Source: a virus | Lineage: Duplodnaviria; Caudoviricetes | IMG/VR virus record: IMGVR_UViG_3300044991_002645 | Location: 1-53,104 of that record | Length of the DNA: 53,104 nucleotides | Reading direction: 5' to 3' (one strand) | Part shown: piece by piece, positions 1 through 9,436 of the stretch | Layout of the letters: every line of letters starts with the position of its first letter | How positions within the stretch are numbered: the stretch's first letter is position 1 | Made by a program: the position numbers and the translations under genes | The notes under the pieces: model-generated | The model's input: only the letters and a program-made list of their open reading frames with translations | The model's database searches: none | What the model was told of the DNA's origin: nothing

Positions 1-1234
1 CGTTGGCGACGACCGCCGCGTCGGCTTTCGCGCCCTGTGTGGCCGTGGCGTAGCTGCCGCTCGCCTGCTTGCCGTCGAGGGCGGTCTGCAATCCGGACAC
101 GCCGGAGATTGAGTGCGCGGAGCCGTCCGTCTTGCCTGCGTGGGCGGACACCGCCGAGCTGGCGGCCCCCGCGGACTCATAACTGCCTGAGGCCTGCTTG
201 CCGTCGAGCGCCGTCTGCAACCCTGAGATGGCTGCGATCGCCGCGCCTGACTGAAGGGCGCTGTCGGCCTTCGCCCCCTGCGCGGCCGTGGCGTAGGCCG
301 TGGCGCTGGTCGTGGCGGCCGTGCCCAGGCCCGATATGTCCGCGGCGGCCAGATCCACCGCGCCCACCTTGCCGGCCACGCTCAGCACGGCGTTGGGCGG
401 CGTGAGCAGCTCCTGCCAGTTGGCCAGCGTGGCGGGCCCGGCGGCTTTCAAAATGAACGATTTGCTGACATCCGGGCGGATGGCCACGTCGCCCACCTCG
501 GCGGTGGACAGCGCCAGCATGGCGGCCTGGTCGGCGGCCACGAAGGTCTCGGTGATGGCCAGCGCGGGCAGCTGGCTGGAGTCGACCTTGCCGCCCACCA
601 AGTCGGCCTTGGCCGAGAGCGCGGTCGATAGGCCGGCCACCGTGGATATGGCGGTCCCGGACTGGAGGGCCGTGTCGGCCAGCGCGCCTTGCGCGGCCGT
701 GGCGTATGACCCGGCGGCCTGTTTGCCGTCGAGCGCGGTCTGGAGTCCGGAGACTCCGGATATCGTGTGGGCGGATCCGTCCGCCTTGCCTGCGTGGGCT
801 GACACGGCGGACGCGGCCGCGCCTGAGGCCTCGTAGCTGCCTGAGGCTTGTTTGCCGTCCAATGCGGTCTGCAGTCCGGAGACGCCTGAAATTGTATGAG
901 CGGAGCCGTCGGTCTTGCCTGAGTGGGTCGAAACGGCGGAAGCCGCCGTCCCGGCCGCCTCGTAGCTGCCGGCCGCCTGCTTGCCCTCCAAGGCCGTCTG
1001 CAGTCCTGAGATGGCCGTGATCGCGGCGCCGCTCTGCAGGGCGGTGTCCGCCAGCGCGCCCTGGGCCGCCGTGGCGTAGGCCGACGCGGCGGTCGTGGCC
1101 GCGGTGCCCAGGCCCAGGCCCTCGCGCGTGGCCGCCATGTCGGCGGCGTTCAGGGTCAGGCCGCCCACCATGACGCCGGCCCCGTTGGTCTTCTCCTCGA
1201 CGCGATCCGCGAATATCTTCTTAAAGCTGGCCAT
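1..1234 (-). CDS. Tail/head fibre protein with phage tail repeats (3' end runs off the window)
   Basis: Not in the ORF track because its stop is outside the window. ATG at 1234, 2 nt from the upstream gene's stop. Reads MASFKKIFADRVEEK... with repeated HTISGVSGLQTALDGKQ and YATAAQGALADTALQ units and a KADLVGGKVDSSQLP motif typical of fibres. Confidence 0.8.
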   Translation of the reverse strand, partial: MASFKKIFADRVEEKTNGAGVMVGGLTLNAADMAATREGLGLGTAATTAASAYATAAQGALADTALQSGAAITAISGLQTALEGKQAAGSYEAAGTAASAVSTHSGKTDGSAHTISGVSGLQTALDGKQASGSYEASGAAASAVSAHAGKADGSAHTISGVSGLQTALDGKQAAGSYATAAQGALADTALQSGTAISTVAGLSTALSAKADLVGGKVDSSQLPALAITETFVAADQAAMLALSTAEVGDVAIRPDVSKSFILKAAGPATLANWQELLTPPNAVLSVAGKVGAVDLAAADISGLGTAATTSATAYATAAQGAKADSALQSGAAIAAISGLQTALDGKQASGSYESAGAASSAVSAHAGKTDGSAHSISGVSGLQTALDGKQASGSYATATQGAKADAAVVAN

Positions 1235-1235
1235 T

Positions 1236-2276
1236 TTACGCTCCCCATGTGTTTGTCAGTATGTTGGTCCATCCGTAGGCGCCCGCCCCGGTCTGCATGT
1301 ACATCTCGCACCGCGCGGCCCCGTCGGCCGCCACGTAGCGCAGCCTGCCCACGTGGTCCGGCCCGGTGAGCAGGTTGTCGGGGTCCACGGAGGGCACGGT
1401 GGCGCCGGCCGAGGATCCGATCACGATCTCGTCGGCCCCCTCGGTCACGGTGATGCTGGGGCCGGCTTTTATGGAGCGCAGCACCAGGTCATAGGCCAGC
1501 TTCCCCTTGAACACGCCCGCGCCGGTTCCGGCGTTGCTCGCCGTGTTCGGCTCGCCGCTGACCACGACGACAGTCCCGATCTTGATCTGCCAGCCGCCGT
1601 TGTCGGGGTACATCTCGGCGTCGCCGGCCACGGGCAGCTCGATGGTTGAAAGCGACCCGTTGATCTTCTCGGACCCGTGGGCCGCGATCGTGACCGGATA
1701 TAAACTTGAGTTGCGCAGCGTGATCAGCGCCTTGCCCGACTGGCCCGCGGCGGACTCCAGCGAGAAGGTGGCGGGGGCCGGGGTGCCGCCCGCGTAGACG
1801 AAGTATTTGCCCCAGTCGCCGGCGGTGGCGTAGTCGGCGGTCAGGACCTGGCTCTCGAACGAGCCGCCGTCCATGACGTTGTTGATCCAGGCCCAGCTGG
1901 CGCCCGTGCGTATGTAGGTGCGGCCGGAGTCGGTGGCGTAGAATATCGCCTTGTCCTTGGTGTGGTTGTCGCGCTCGGACTCCAGCCCGTAGAAAGTCAG
2001 GTCGGTGACCGCGCTGTCGGCCAGCGGGCGCCACGCGGAGCTCGTCTTCAGGTAGCAGCGGCCGTCGCCGGTGTCGTAGAACAGGCAGCCGGTGTACTGG
2101 TCGTAGTTGGCGCGCGTGTCGAAAGGCCCGTGGAACACGGCGCCGACGAAGGCTTTGCCCGTGCCAGTGCCCACGACCACCGCTTTGGCGTCCGTGACGA
2201 ACCCAAGCTCGCCTTGCTCCAGAACGGCGGCGGCCAAGTCGGCCTGCTCGCCCCTGCGTAGTTTGATTCTCGCCAT
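1236..2276 (-). CDS. Fibre protein with Mtd_N-like N-terminal domain
   Basis: N-terminus RIKLRRGEQADLAAAVLEQGELGFVTD..VVGTG matches the LRRG...GELG..TD...GDG pattern of the major tropism determinant N-terminal domain. Also has an NAGTGAGVFKGK fibre motif. Confidence 0.75.
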   Translation of the reverse strand: MARIKLRRGEQADLAAAVLEQGELGFVTDAKAVVVGTGTGKAFVGAVFHGPFDTRANYDQYTGCLFYDTGDGRCYLKTSSAWRPLADSAVTDLTFYGLESERDNHTKDKAIFYATDSGRTYIRTGASWAWINNVMDGGSFESQVLTADYATAGDWGKYFVYAGGTPAPATFSLESAAGQSGKALITLRNSSLYPVTIAAHGSEKINGSLSTIELPVAGDAEMYPDNGGWQIKIGTVVVVSGEPNTASNAGTGAGVFKGKLAYDLVLRSIKAGPSITVTEGADEIVIGSSAGATVPSVDPDNLLTGPDHVGRLRYVAADGAARCEMYMQTGAGAYGWTNILTNTWGA

Positions 2277-2364
2277 GCCGCCAGCCCCCGAGTTTAGGTG
2301 TCCCCTGTGTGTGCCCCGCGCCGGGGCCGCATGAGATTACTATAACATGCGCCGCAAGGCCTGT

Positions 2365-2787
2365 CTACCAGGTGTTGGTGAGTATCCCGACCCACTCGTA
2401 GGCGTCCGGCCCGACGCGCATGACCATCTCCGTGTGGCTCGCGTTCTGCGTCTCGCGGTAGCGCAGCCGGCCCGCCACGGCGGCCGACGCGGCGGTCGAG
2501 TCGGGCGACGCCTTGGCCGTAGGCTGCGCGCCCGCGGCCACCCACGCGCCGGAGTGCCGCAGCAGCATCTCGCCGGTGTCCGACCTGCGGTAGAGGCAGC
2601 CCGCGAACTGCTCGTACGCGGCCATATCCTCGGGCGGCCCGCTGAACACTTTGCCTACCAGCGACTTGCCCACGCCGTCGCCTATGACCACCGCCTTGGC
2701 GTCCGTGGCGTAGCCTAGCTCGCCCACCGCGAACTCCGCGGCCGGCAGATCCGCCGCGGCGCCGCGCCTGACTTTCATCGTGCTCAT
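2365..2787 (-). CDS. Short Mtd_N-like paralogue of 1236..2276
   Basis: VRRGAAADL...GELGYATDAKAVVIGDG N-terminus, and a C-terminus GRLRY..EM.M..G..AY.W..ILTNTW shared with the neighbouring gene. Confidence 0.75.
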   Translation of the reverse strand: MSTMKVRRGAAADLPAAEFAVGELGYATDAKAVVIGDGVGKSLVGKVFSGPPEDMAAYEQFAGCLYRRSDTGEMLLRHSGAWVAAGAQPTAKASPDSTAASAAVAGRLRYRETQNASHTEMVMRVGPDAYEWVGILTNTW

Positions 2788-2796
2788 CGAGCCCCC

Positions 2797-3000
2797 TTAT
2801 GCTATTCTATATTGGCCGGCCAGGTTGAACACGGCGTTGTTGGATAGGACGCCGCTGCCCGCGGCCAGTTTGATCTGCGCGGCGGTGTCCATGCTCTGCG
2901 CGAAGTATATGTGGCCGTCGGTCTCGGCCGAGCACGACAGGCTGCGCGTGTTGTTGTTCAGGTTCACGTAGGACAGCGTGAGCTCGCCCGGCGCGCCGAC
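2797..3000 (-). pseudogene. Orphan fibre-tip-like C-terminal fragment with no credible start
   Basis: Coding-like GC3-rich frame GAPGELTLSYVNLNNNTRS...FNLAGQYRIA*. The ORF-track start at 3063 lies inside a terminator hairpin. Confidence 0.45.
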
Positions 3001-3043
3001 AATATAGCACAAAACACAACTAAAGCCACATCCGCGCGGCAAT

Positions 3044-3080
3044 AAAAAAAGGGGCCGGGCCACGCGGACCCGGCCCCTTT
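3044..3080 (-). terminator. Rho-independent terminator after the 486-aa fibre gene
   Basis: Stem GGGGCCGGG/CCCGGCCCC followed by T7 on the minus strand. Confidence 0.85.
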
Positions 3081-3101
3081 GGAAGAGCCCTATGGGCTGG
3101 A

Positions 3102-4562
3102 TCAGGCGAACGTGCCGCCGTCGATGATGTCGACGTAGAGCTTGTTCGATCCGTCCACCTTGATGGAGCTGTTGTCGTACTTGACGTCGATCTCGTTGGT
3201 CGTGGCATGGAGCTCGAGCGCGATGCCGACGATGTCGGAGTTCAACTTGGCCTTGGTCACCGCGTTGGCGGCGATCTTGGCGGTGGAGATCCCGCTGTCC
3301 TTGACGCGGAGGGCGTCGGTGGCGATCTCGATCGTGGTCCCGTCGACGTTGACGTCGAGCGCGCCGGACGTGGCCTGGACCAAACCTTCGCCAGCGACGT
3401 CGGAGTTGATCTTGGCGGCTGTGACTGCGTCCGCGCCGATTTTGTCGGCGACGACAGCGCCGTCGGCCAACTTGCCGGTGGTGACGTTGACGTCGGCGAT
3501 TTTGTCCGTGGTGACCGCGCTGTTCGCGATCTTGGCCTCGACGATGCCGCTATCCTTGACGCGGATCGCGCCGGAGCTGACCTCGAGCGTGGACCCGTCG
3601 ACGGCCACGCCGGCGCCAGCCTCGCTGAGCGCGATGGGGGCGACGTTGGCGGTCGTCGTGTCGGGCTTGATGGCGAGCTGATCCGCGGTTCCGCCTGCGC
3701 CGACGGTCAAACCGCCTGCGGCGTCGATGTCGATTCCGACCTGGTCGTCGGGCAGGATTGTGATACCTGCGCCGACGTTGACGAAGATCTCATTGCCGTT
3801 TTTGTCCAAACCCTGGCCGGCGACGATCTGGCCGGCTCCGGAGAACTGCACCCAGGCGGCGCCCTCAACGTCGAAAGTGTAGCCGGCGTCCGTGGTTTTG
3901 TCCAGGACGGCCCAGTTGGCGTCGGGGGAGACGCCGACCCACGCCCCGGCCGTGCGGGTGTAGATCTTCTTGTCGGTGGTGTTGAGGAAGCGGACGCCGT
4001 CGGCGGCCGTGGCTGGGTTGCTTGCGCCGACGGAGTCGACGGGCGGCTTCCAGGTCAAGCCGGAAATGGCGTTGTCGACGTAGGTCTTGGTCTTGAGGCT
4101 GGACCAGAGGCTGGTGGCCACTGGGTCGGAGACGTCGTCGATGCTGCGGTGGATGGTCTCGTCGTCAATATGGCTGCGGGCCTCGGAGGCGGAGACGACG
4201 TTCGTTCCGTCGTTGATCTGCTTGACGAGTCCGGAGCTCAGCTCGGAGTTTTTGACTTTGCCGTAGGTTGTTCCGTCGGCGAGCTGGTCGAGGTTTGTGA
4301 CGTTGACTTGGACCCAGGCGCTGCCGCTGTCAAGCCAAAAAGCCTTGGTGTCCGTCGCGAAGTACAGCCGGCCGGAGACTTCCGCGTCCGGGCGGGCGGC
4401 CTCGGCGCCCTGGAGCACCTTGCCGATAAGGTTCTTGGCTGCGCCGTCGTAGACGTACACGCACTTGGTGTCCGTTGTGAACAGAATTTCACCGGCGCTG
4501 CAGACGGCCGCGTCGATTTGAGCTTGCAGACCACGGCGCAACAGGATCTTTTGGTAAGCCAT
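3102..4562 (-). CDS. Fibre protein: Mtd_N-like N-terminus plus 10-aa VTxxKIAxxA repeats
   Basis: ILLRRG...GEILFTTDTK..YVYDG start, tandem VTTDKIADVN/VTTGKLADGA/VTAAKI repeats, DGTTIEI..DALRVK repeats, C-terminal IDGGTF. Confidence 0.8.
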   Translation of the reverse strand: MAYQKILLRRGLQAQIDAAVCSAGEILFTTDTKCVYVYDGAAKNLIGKVLQGAEAARPDAEVSGRLYFATDTKAFWLDSGSAWVQVNVTNLDQLADGTTYGKVKNSELSSGLVKQINDGTNVVSASEARSHIDDETIHRSIDDVSDPVATSLWSSLKTKTYVDNAISGLTWKPPVDSVGASNPATAADGVRFLNTTDKKIYTRTAGAWVGVSPDANWAVLDKTTDAGYTFDVEGAAWVQFSGAGQIVAGQGLDKNGNEIFVNVGAGITILPDDQVGIDIDAAGGLTVGAGGTADQLAIKPDTTTANVAPIALSEAGAGVAVDGSTLEVSSGAIRVKDSGIVEAKIANSAVTTDKIADVNVTTGKLADGAVVADKIGADAVTAAKINSDVAGEGLVQATSGALDVNVDGTTIEIATDALRVKDSGISTAKIAANAVTKAKLNSDIVGIALELHATTNEIDVKYDNSSIKVDGSNKLYVDIIDGGTFA

Positions 4563-4684
4563 GTGAGCTTCCCCCTTTTTTCTTTTTTTATGCCTATTTC
4601 CCCACTATGCGCAAACCGCCGCCGATGCGGAGGAGAGCTTCTCTGTTTACTATACACCCCGGGAGGAGGGCCGGCAACCACGTG

Positions 4685-5506
4685 CTACAGCGAGCCGCCG
4701 TCGATGACGGGGTCCTCGTAGGCCGGCCGCCACGCTTTGGCCGAGTCGTCCCAGAAGTGCATGGCCGGCGGATCGCCGGTCAGGGCGTAGTCGCCCAGCC
4801 TGCCGACCGGAACCGCGCCCGTCAGGCCGCTCAGCGTCGGGTACTGCCCCCGGAAGTTGCTCGCGCCGCCGGATTGCGACAGCGCCTTGTCTATGCGCGC
4901 GATGGACTGCTTGGCCGCCTGCTCCCACCCTGGGGTGAAGGCGCCCTGGTACAGCTCGGCCGTGCCCGTGGCCTTGTACAGCGTGGCCTCGCCCTCGGCC
5001 GGGAACTCGCCGTCCTTCTGCACCTCCACCAGCCTTATGGGCTCGTCGAACCTGTTCTCCGACAGGTGGGAAATTTCGAACTCCTTGCCATTGCTGTCCA
5101 GCACATGGTCGCCGACCACCGCCATGGCGGCCTGCACCGGGTCGTCCCAGCTGGCCGTCACCACGTACTCGTAGTGCGGGCCGCTGTATAGCTCCGCGCC
5201 GGACAGCCATCCGCGGACCGACATGTCGGCCGTGAAGTCCTCCTGGGCCGGCGTGCTCAGCGCGCAGTCGTAAAGGTAGAAGGTGGCCTCCGGCCTGGCC
5301 GGGCCCGTGGCCGTCACGCGGCCGCCGTCGATGAACGCGCCGGGCGAGCCCTCCCAGTCCGTTATGGCGAACGAGTTGCCGGCCGTGTCCTCGATCAGGT
5401 CGCCGGCGTTGAGGTACATCGCCTTGGCCGTGTCCTCGAAGGACACGCTGAACACATACGGGCCGGAGCCTATGACACCCTGCAACATGACTTTTCGGTT
5501 CAACAT
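4685..5506 (-). CDS. Hypothetical virion structural protein
   Basis: 273-aa ORF coupled to the upstream gene, with a fibre-type C-terminal IDGGSL. Confidence 0.65.
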   Translation of the reverse strand: MLNRKVMLQGVIGSGPYVFSVSFEDTAKAMYLNAGDLIEDTAGNSFAITDWEGSPGAFIDGGRVTATGPARPEATFYLYDCALSTPAQEDFTADMSVRGWLSGAELYSGPHYEYVVTASWDDPVQAAMAVVGDHVLDSNGKEFEISHLSENRFDEPIRLVEVQKDGEFPAEGEATLYKATGTAELYQGAFTPGWEQAAKQSIARIDKALSQSGGASNFRGQYPTLSGLTGAVPVGRLGDYALTGDPPAMHFWDDSAKAWRPAYEDPVIDGGSL

Positions 5507-5507
5507 G

Positions 5508-7235
5508 TCACGCCATCCTCACCAGCAGCGTCATCGCGGACGCCGCCGATATGCCGCTTATGCCCTTCACGCCCGTCTGCGACTTGGAGCTGTTGGTCAC
5601 CCAGTCGCCGGCCACGTTGACGAAATTCTTCCATTGGTACGGCGACACCGACGCCTGGTACGTGATGCTCAGCGCCGTCACCATCCTGCCCGAGTTGTGG
5701 GCGATGATCATGCTGGTCGCGGCCGCCGTGAAGCTTAGGTTGGCCAGGTCGGCCGCCGGGTCGTCCGCGCCGAACATGGACCAGCCCGCGGGCTTGTACT
5801 GCGCGGGCATGGCCGCCCAGCGGGCCGCGAACGTGGCCGCCGCCGGCAGGGGCAGGAGATACTCGGTGGTGGGGCCGGTCGAGCCGCCGGTCCCGTCCTG
5901 ACCCACGAAGCGGATGGCCGCCGACCAGGATCCAGAGCCGACTTTGACCTGCACGTACAGATCGCCCTGCGCCCATGTTGAATGCCACGCCGTGGAGCCA
6001 TCCACGGCGTACTGCAGCGACACGGAGTCGCCTGTCAGGCCCTGGACCCCATCCGCGCCGTCTGGCCCCGCCGGACCTTGCACGCCTTGGACACCTTGCG
6101 CGCCGGTGTCGCCCTTCAAACCTTGAACACCCTGCGCGCCAGCCGCGCCCGTGTCGCCTTTGAGCCCTTGGACGCCTGTGTCGCCCTTCAAACCTTGAAC
6201 GCCTTGCGGGCCCTGCGGCCCGATGGACACTGGAATGGCCCCGGACCAGGTGGCGCCGCCGTCGCGCGACATGCGGATGTACACGTCGCCGGCGGCGAAC
6301 GCGTCATGCCACTCGACGCCGGCCACCGAATACTGTATGGCCACGGCCGGACCGGCCGCGCCTGCGTCGCCCTTGACTCCTTGAACGCCCTGGGCTCCGG
6401 CCGGCCCCGTGGCGCCCGTGTCGCCTTTGAGCCCCGGGACGCCTTGCGGGCCCTGCGCTCCGGTGTCGCCTTTAAGGCCTTGGATGCCTTGTGGCCCGGT
6501 GGAGCCTGTGGCGCCCGTGTCGCCCTTCAAACCTTGAACGCCTTGCGCGCCGGTGTCGCCCTTGGGGCCTGACGCGAACAACATGGCGCCGGACCACGTG
6601 GCGCCGCCGTCCACGGAAGAGCGCAGGTATTTATCTTCGGCGGACCACGTGGCGTGCCACAGCGTGGACCCGTCGACGGAATAACTGAAGATGGTGGCGG
6701 GCGCGGACGATCCGGCCGGACCAGTGGCGCCCGCCGCGCCGGCCGAGCCTGTATCGCCCTTGAGGCCTTGAATGCCTTGCGGCCCTTGTGGCCCGGCGGC
6801 TCCAGGCAGACCTTGCGGGCCGGCCGGTCCTTGAACGCCCTGCGCTCCGGCGGATCCTGTTCCCCCTTTAAGTCCTTGCGGCCCCTCGGGTCCAACTTCA
6901 CCCTGTGGGCCTTGGGCGCCTTGAGGGCCGGAAGAGCCTGTCAATCCGCGAATGCCTTGAGGGCCCGCGGGCCCGGTGTCGCCCTTGACGCCTTGCGGGC
7001 CTTGGGCTCCCTGCCCCCCCTGTGGTCCCGCCACTCCGGGGGTGAAATAGGCTGTCCCTGTGTCGGTCCAACCCGCGGGGTCGACCCACACCCATGTGTG
7101 GCCCGTGTCCACGGCCACCGCGAAATAGCCTGCGGGGGCCGTGGGATGGACGTCTCTGATGGCGGCGACGTCCAGGAACGACCCCAATGATTCGTCGACG
7201 ACGGACCCGCCGCCTGGATTGTATACTGGCATCAC
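5508..7235 (-). CDS. Collagen-like fibre protein
   Basis: Long G-X-Y runs (GPQG, GLKGDTG) interrupted by three copies of a YSVDG..WH...D.Y.......G.TWSGA knob. Confidence 0.9.
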   Translation of the reverse strand: MMPVYNPGGGSVVDESLGSFLDVAAIRDVHPTAPAGYFAVAVDTGHTWVWVDPAGWTDTGTAYFTPGVAGPQGGQGAQGPQGVKGDTGPAGPQGIRGLTGSSGPQGAQGPQGEVGPEGPQGLKGGTGSAGAQGVQGPAGPQGLPGAAGPQGPQGIQGLKGDTGSAGAAGATGPAGSSAPATIFSYSVDGSTLWHATWSAEDKYLRSSVDGGATWSGAMLFASGPKGDTGAQGVQGLKGDTGATGSTGPQGIQGLKGDTGAQGPQGVPGLKGDTGATGPAGAQGVQGVKGDAGAAGPAVAIQYSVAGVEWHDAFAAGDVYIRMSRDGGATWSGAIPVSIGPQGPQGVQGLKGDTGVQGLKGDTGAAGAQGVQGLKGDTGAQGVQGVQGPAGPDGADGVQGLTGDSVSLQYAVDGSTAWHSTWAQGDLYVQVKVGSGSWSAAIRFVGQDGTGGSTGPTTEYLLPLPAAATFAARWAAMPAQYKPAGWSMFGADDPAADLANLSFTAAATSMIIAHNSGRMVTALSITYQASVSPYQWKNFVNVAGDWVTNSSKSQTGVKGISGISAASAMTLLVRMA

Positions 7236-7513
7236 GCGTCTCCGTTAATAGGTCCCGGAGAGGCCGCCAGGCATTCCCTGACCATGCGGCGCAGCTCCAA
7301 CTGCTTCAAAGCGTAAACCCTAGGCTCTATCAAGGCCTTGCCCGAGCGGAACAGTTTGTGCAGCGCCTCGCCCGCGGCCGCGTCCACCGCGTCCATCAGG
7401 AAATAAACTACGCGGCGGCGGCCTGTGTCGTCCACCTCCGCGCCCGACATCTCGAAGACGCCGGAGCATCCCAGAAAAGCTGATTCGTCTATATCCTTCA
7501 GGCGCAGTCGCAT
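7232..7513 (-). CDS. Small phage protein, DUF5659-like
   Basis: D..AFL...G......D..RRVVYF......[10 protein letters not shown]......LR pattern recalled for DUF5659. Overlaps the next gene (GTGA). Confidence 0.55.
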   Translation of the reverse strand: MRLRLKDIDESAFLGCSGVFEMSGAEVDDTGRRRVVYFLMDAVDAAAGEALHKLFRSGKALIEPRVYALKQLELRRMVRECLAASPGPINGDA

Positions 7514-7515
7514 CC

Positions 7516-7806
7516 TTAACCCTCCACCACCGATATGTTCTTGCCAGCGGAGGCGCAGTATATCGAAATCGGTCCTGTGTAATAATTCAGATAATTCATC
7601 TCGTAGACCCCCCCGTTGGGAGCCAACCTTATGCCCTTGTGAGCCTCGGCGGCCGAATAGAGGGCCAAATACATGACGGTGTCGCTGTCATTGCACACAC
7701 AGGCGTACCTGCGCGACACCTTGTCCGGCAGAACCAGCACGGAACCCGCGACGGATGTGACGCTCAAAGGAGGAAGTGTGATGCAACGTTCGTTATATGT
7801 GACCAT
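7516..7806 (-). CDS. Small beta-rich virion protein
   Basis: R.Y....NDSDTVMYL......GIRLAPNGG......YTGPI pattern common in phage structural modules. RBS AGGAAGG. Confidence 0.65.
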   Translation of the reverse strand: MVTYNERCITLPPLSVTSVAGSVLVLPDKVSRRYACVCNDSDTVMYLALYSAAEAHKGIRLAPNGGVYEMNYLNYYTGPISIYCASAGKNISVVEG

Positions 7807-7869
7807 GGGACCTTCCTATGTTTAGGCTATCTCTAAATATATCCTCTGGATTGTCGGGCCTGGCTAAAA

Positions 7870-8292
7870 TCACCATATGGCGCGGGTCACCGGCTGGCCC
7901 GCGCACTCCACTGGAACTCCCTGGTGCTCCACATCCCACGTGGTCTGAGGCTCGTCCGGGGGCTCATCGGGAACAAGGGGCACCGCCCCGGACCACTCCG
8001 CGACGGGACCCTCCGAATCCTTATCCGCCCACTCGGACAGGGAGGACTTGCGCCACATGCCAGAGGCGACGCAGAAATACACATAGGACTGATCAAACGC
8101 CCTATCCCCTGGCTCTCCGGGGGATGCCGGGACAGGGGGGACGGGCCGCCACACGGAGGTCCGGGCCAGATATCCCGGCTGGAATATGCGCCCCCTGACC
8201 AGTTCCGATCCCTTGGGCGGGACGGCTACGGCGGCATGCCCCCTCTTGGAGCCGCTATGAGCGGCTGGAGTTTTAATTGGGGTGTATGACAT
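7870..8292 (-). CDS. Hypothetical protein with a fibre-type P..PG.PG...D..Y.YFCVA...W motif
   Basis: PASPGEPGDRAFDQSYVYFCVASGMWRK. Start uncertain (8292 or 8319). Confidence 0.55.
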   Translation of the reverse strand: MSYTPIKTPAAHSGSKRGHAAVAVPPKGSELVRGRIFQPGYLARTSVWRPVPPVPASPGEPGDRAFDQSYVYFCVASGMWRKSSLSEWADKDSEGPVAEWSGAVPLVPDEPPDEPQTTWDVEHQGVPVECAGQPVTRAIW

Positions 8293-8608
8293 CCGACCCC
8301 CCATGCCGCACAGGATCACCTAGATGGACCACTCCGTAGGCTGTCAGGGACGCGACAGGCGTCCGCCGCCATGAGTTGCGGGCCACGCAGACATAAAGAA
8401 AACGGTCAGAGACGGCCAACTGGCCCGGTATGCCCCTGGAGTGGGAATAAAGGGGCACCGAGGCTTGAACTGCCTGGGGTCTGACCCTAGGTGGGATCAG
8501 ACCCTCACGACCCGTGGTGGCCTCCCTAGAGGCTGCCTGGGCAGATCTAGTGGTTGGGTGGACCTCGCAGTTTGCCCGAGGATGCGCGGCCGTTCTCATC
8601 AACGCCAT
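8273..8608 (-). CDS. Paralogue of 7870..8292 (same YVCVA..W motif)
   Basis: SRGIPGQLAVSDRFLYVCVARNSWRR. Confidence 0.55.
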   Translation of the reverse strand: MALMRTAAHPRANCEVHPTTRSAQAASREATTGREGLIPPRVRPQAVQASVPLYSHSRGIPGQLAVSDRFLYVCVARNSWRRTPVASLTAYGVVHLGDPVRHGGSDVIHPN

Positions 8609-8611
8609 GAA

Positions 8612-8827
8612 TCACCAAGCAACTACGTGAAGTTTAACCCTGTTCCCGGAGGACGCCGTCAACTCCACCTCGTCCTCCGCGCGAATAGATCTACCGTACT
8701 CCCGATAGACCTCCAACGGGGTCAACATAGAGCCCGCGGGCGATAAACCCGCGGGGTCCACATGGGACGACGACGCGTCAGGCCTTGTGAGCGACGGGTC
8801 GTGGTTTCTTGTCGGTTTTGACTGCAA
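8612..8827 (-). CDS. Small hypothetical protein (start uncertain)
   Basis: Fills the gap between flanking minus-strand genes; its stop is 3 nt from the next start. Confidence 0.35.
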   Translation of the reverse strand: MQSKPTRNHDPSLTRPDASSSHVDPAGLSPAGSMLTPLEVYREYGRSIRAEDEVELTASSGNRVKLHVVAW

Positions 8828-9317
8828 CGGGGGCCTCCGCCGTCTTGGGGGCTTGGACTGCCGGATCGAAGTCGGCGATCAGATCCCTGCGCTCAATCAC
8901 CAGGGCCTCATCCTTCTCACCTGACAATATATCCATCAAAGGGCGCTTCTCAGGAAGCAATGAGTCAAATGAGCGCCTCTCCGTTTTCTTGAACACAGCC
9001 TCGTCGGACGTGTCCTCGGGCTCCTTGACTTTGGCCTTGGGCGTAGAAGGGAGAGCCACTGGTGTTCGGCCCATCATAGTTGAAAGTCTAATCCCCTCGA
9101 CGGTATCGGGTCCAATGAGTATCTCCACGTCGATGCGTTCCGAGTTGAACGCGCTCCACAGCACCTCTTTATTGGCCACATCGAAATGGGTCCAGGCCTC
9201 GTAGGGCAACACAGCGCAGCCTCCCGGAGGGACGAACACACCCATGCCCCTCACAAGAAAGGGATGCTCGGCGCTTAAATTTATAATCTTGGTGCGGACC
9301 ATCGGCTTGATAGCCAT
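8778..9317 (-). CDS. Hypothetical protein downstream of the major capsid gene
   Basis: 179-aa ORF with RBS AGGAGAG. Confidence 0.7.
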   Translation of the reverse strand: MAIKPMVRTKIINLSAEHPFLVRGMGVFVPPGGCAVLPYEAWTHFDVANKEVLWSAFNSERIDVEILIGPDTVEGIRLSTMMGRTPVALPSTPKAKVKEPEDTSDEAVFKKTERRSFDSLLPEKRPLMDILSGEKDEALVIERRDLIADFDPAVQAPKTAEAPVAVKTDKKPRPVAHKA

Positions 9318-9365
9318 GAATCTCTCCTGTTACTTGTTGATACTTCAAAATATCCTGTTATTGAG

Positions 9366-9396
9366 AAAAGGCCTCGGAGGGTAGCCTCCGAGGCCC
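9366..9396 (-). terminator. Rho-independent terminator after the major capsid gene
   Basis: Perfect 11-bp stem GGCCTCGGAGG/CCTCCGAGGCC with a 4-nt loop, followed by TTTT on the minus strand. Confidence 0.8.
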
Positions 9397-9436
9397 TAGT
9401 CCAGCGCAGGGCGCTGAGTAGCCGCGCCCTAGACTA

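Noticed and set aside
1-1234. GKQAA/GKQAS in the first fibre as cargo or cleavage tags
   Set aside because: They are part of the ordinary GLQTALDGKQ tail-fibre repeat and have no GFxxGY element.
1236-4562. A complete diversity-generating retroelement, implied by the Mtd_N domains
   Set aside because: Mtd_N is common outside DGRs, and no reverse transcriptase or TR/VR pair was found in the window.
5900-7050. Repetitive DNA as a possible CRISPR array
   Set aside because: The repeats are in-frame collagen codons with no repeat-spacer structure; no cas genes were seen.
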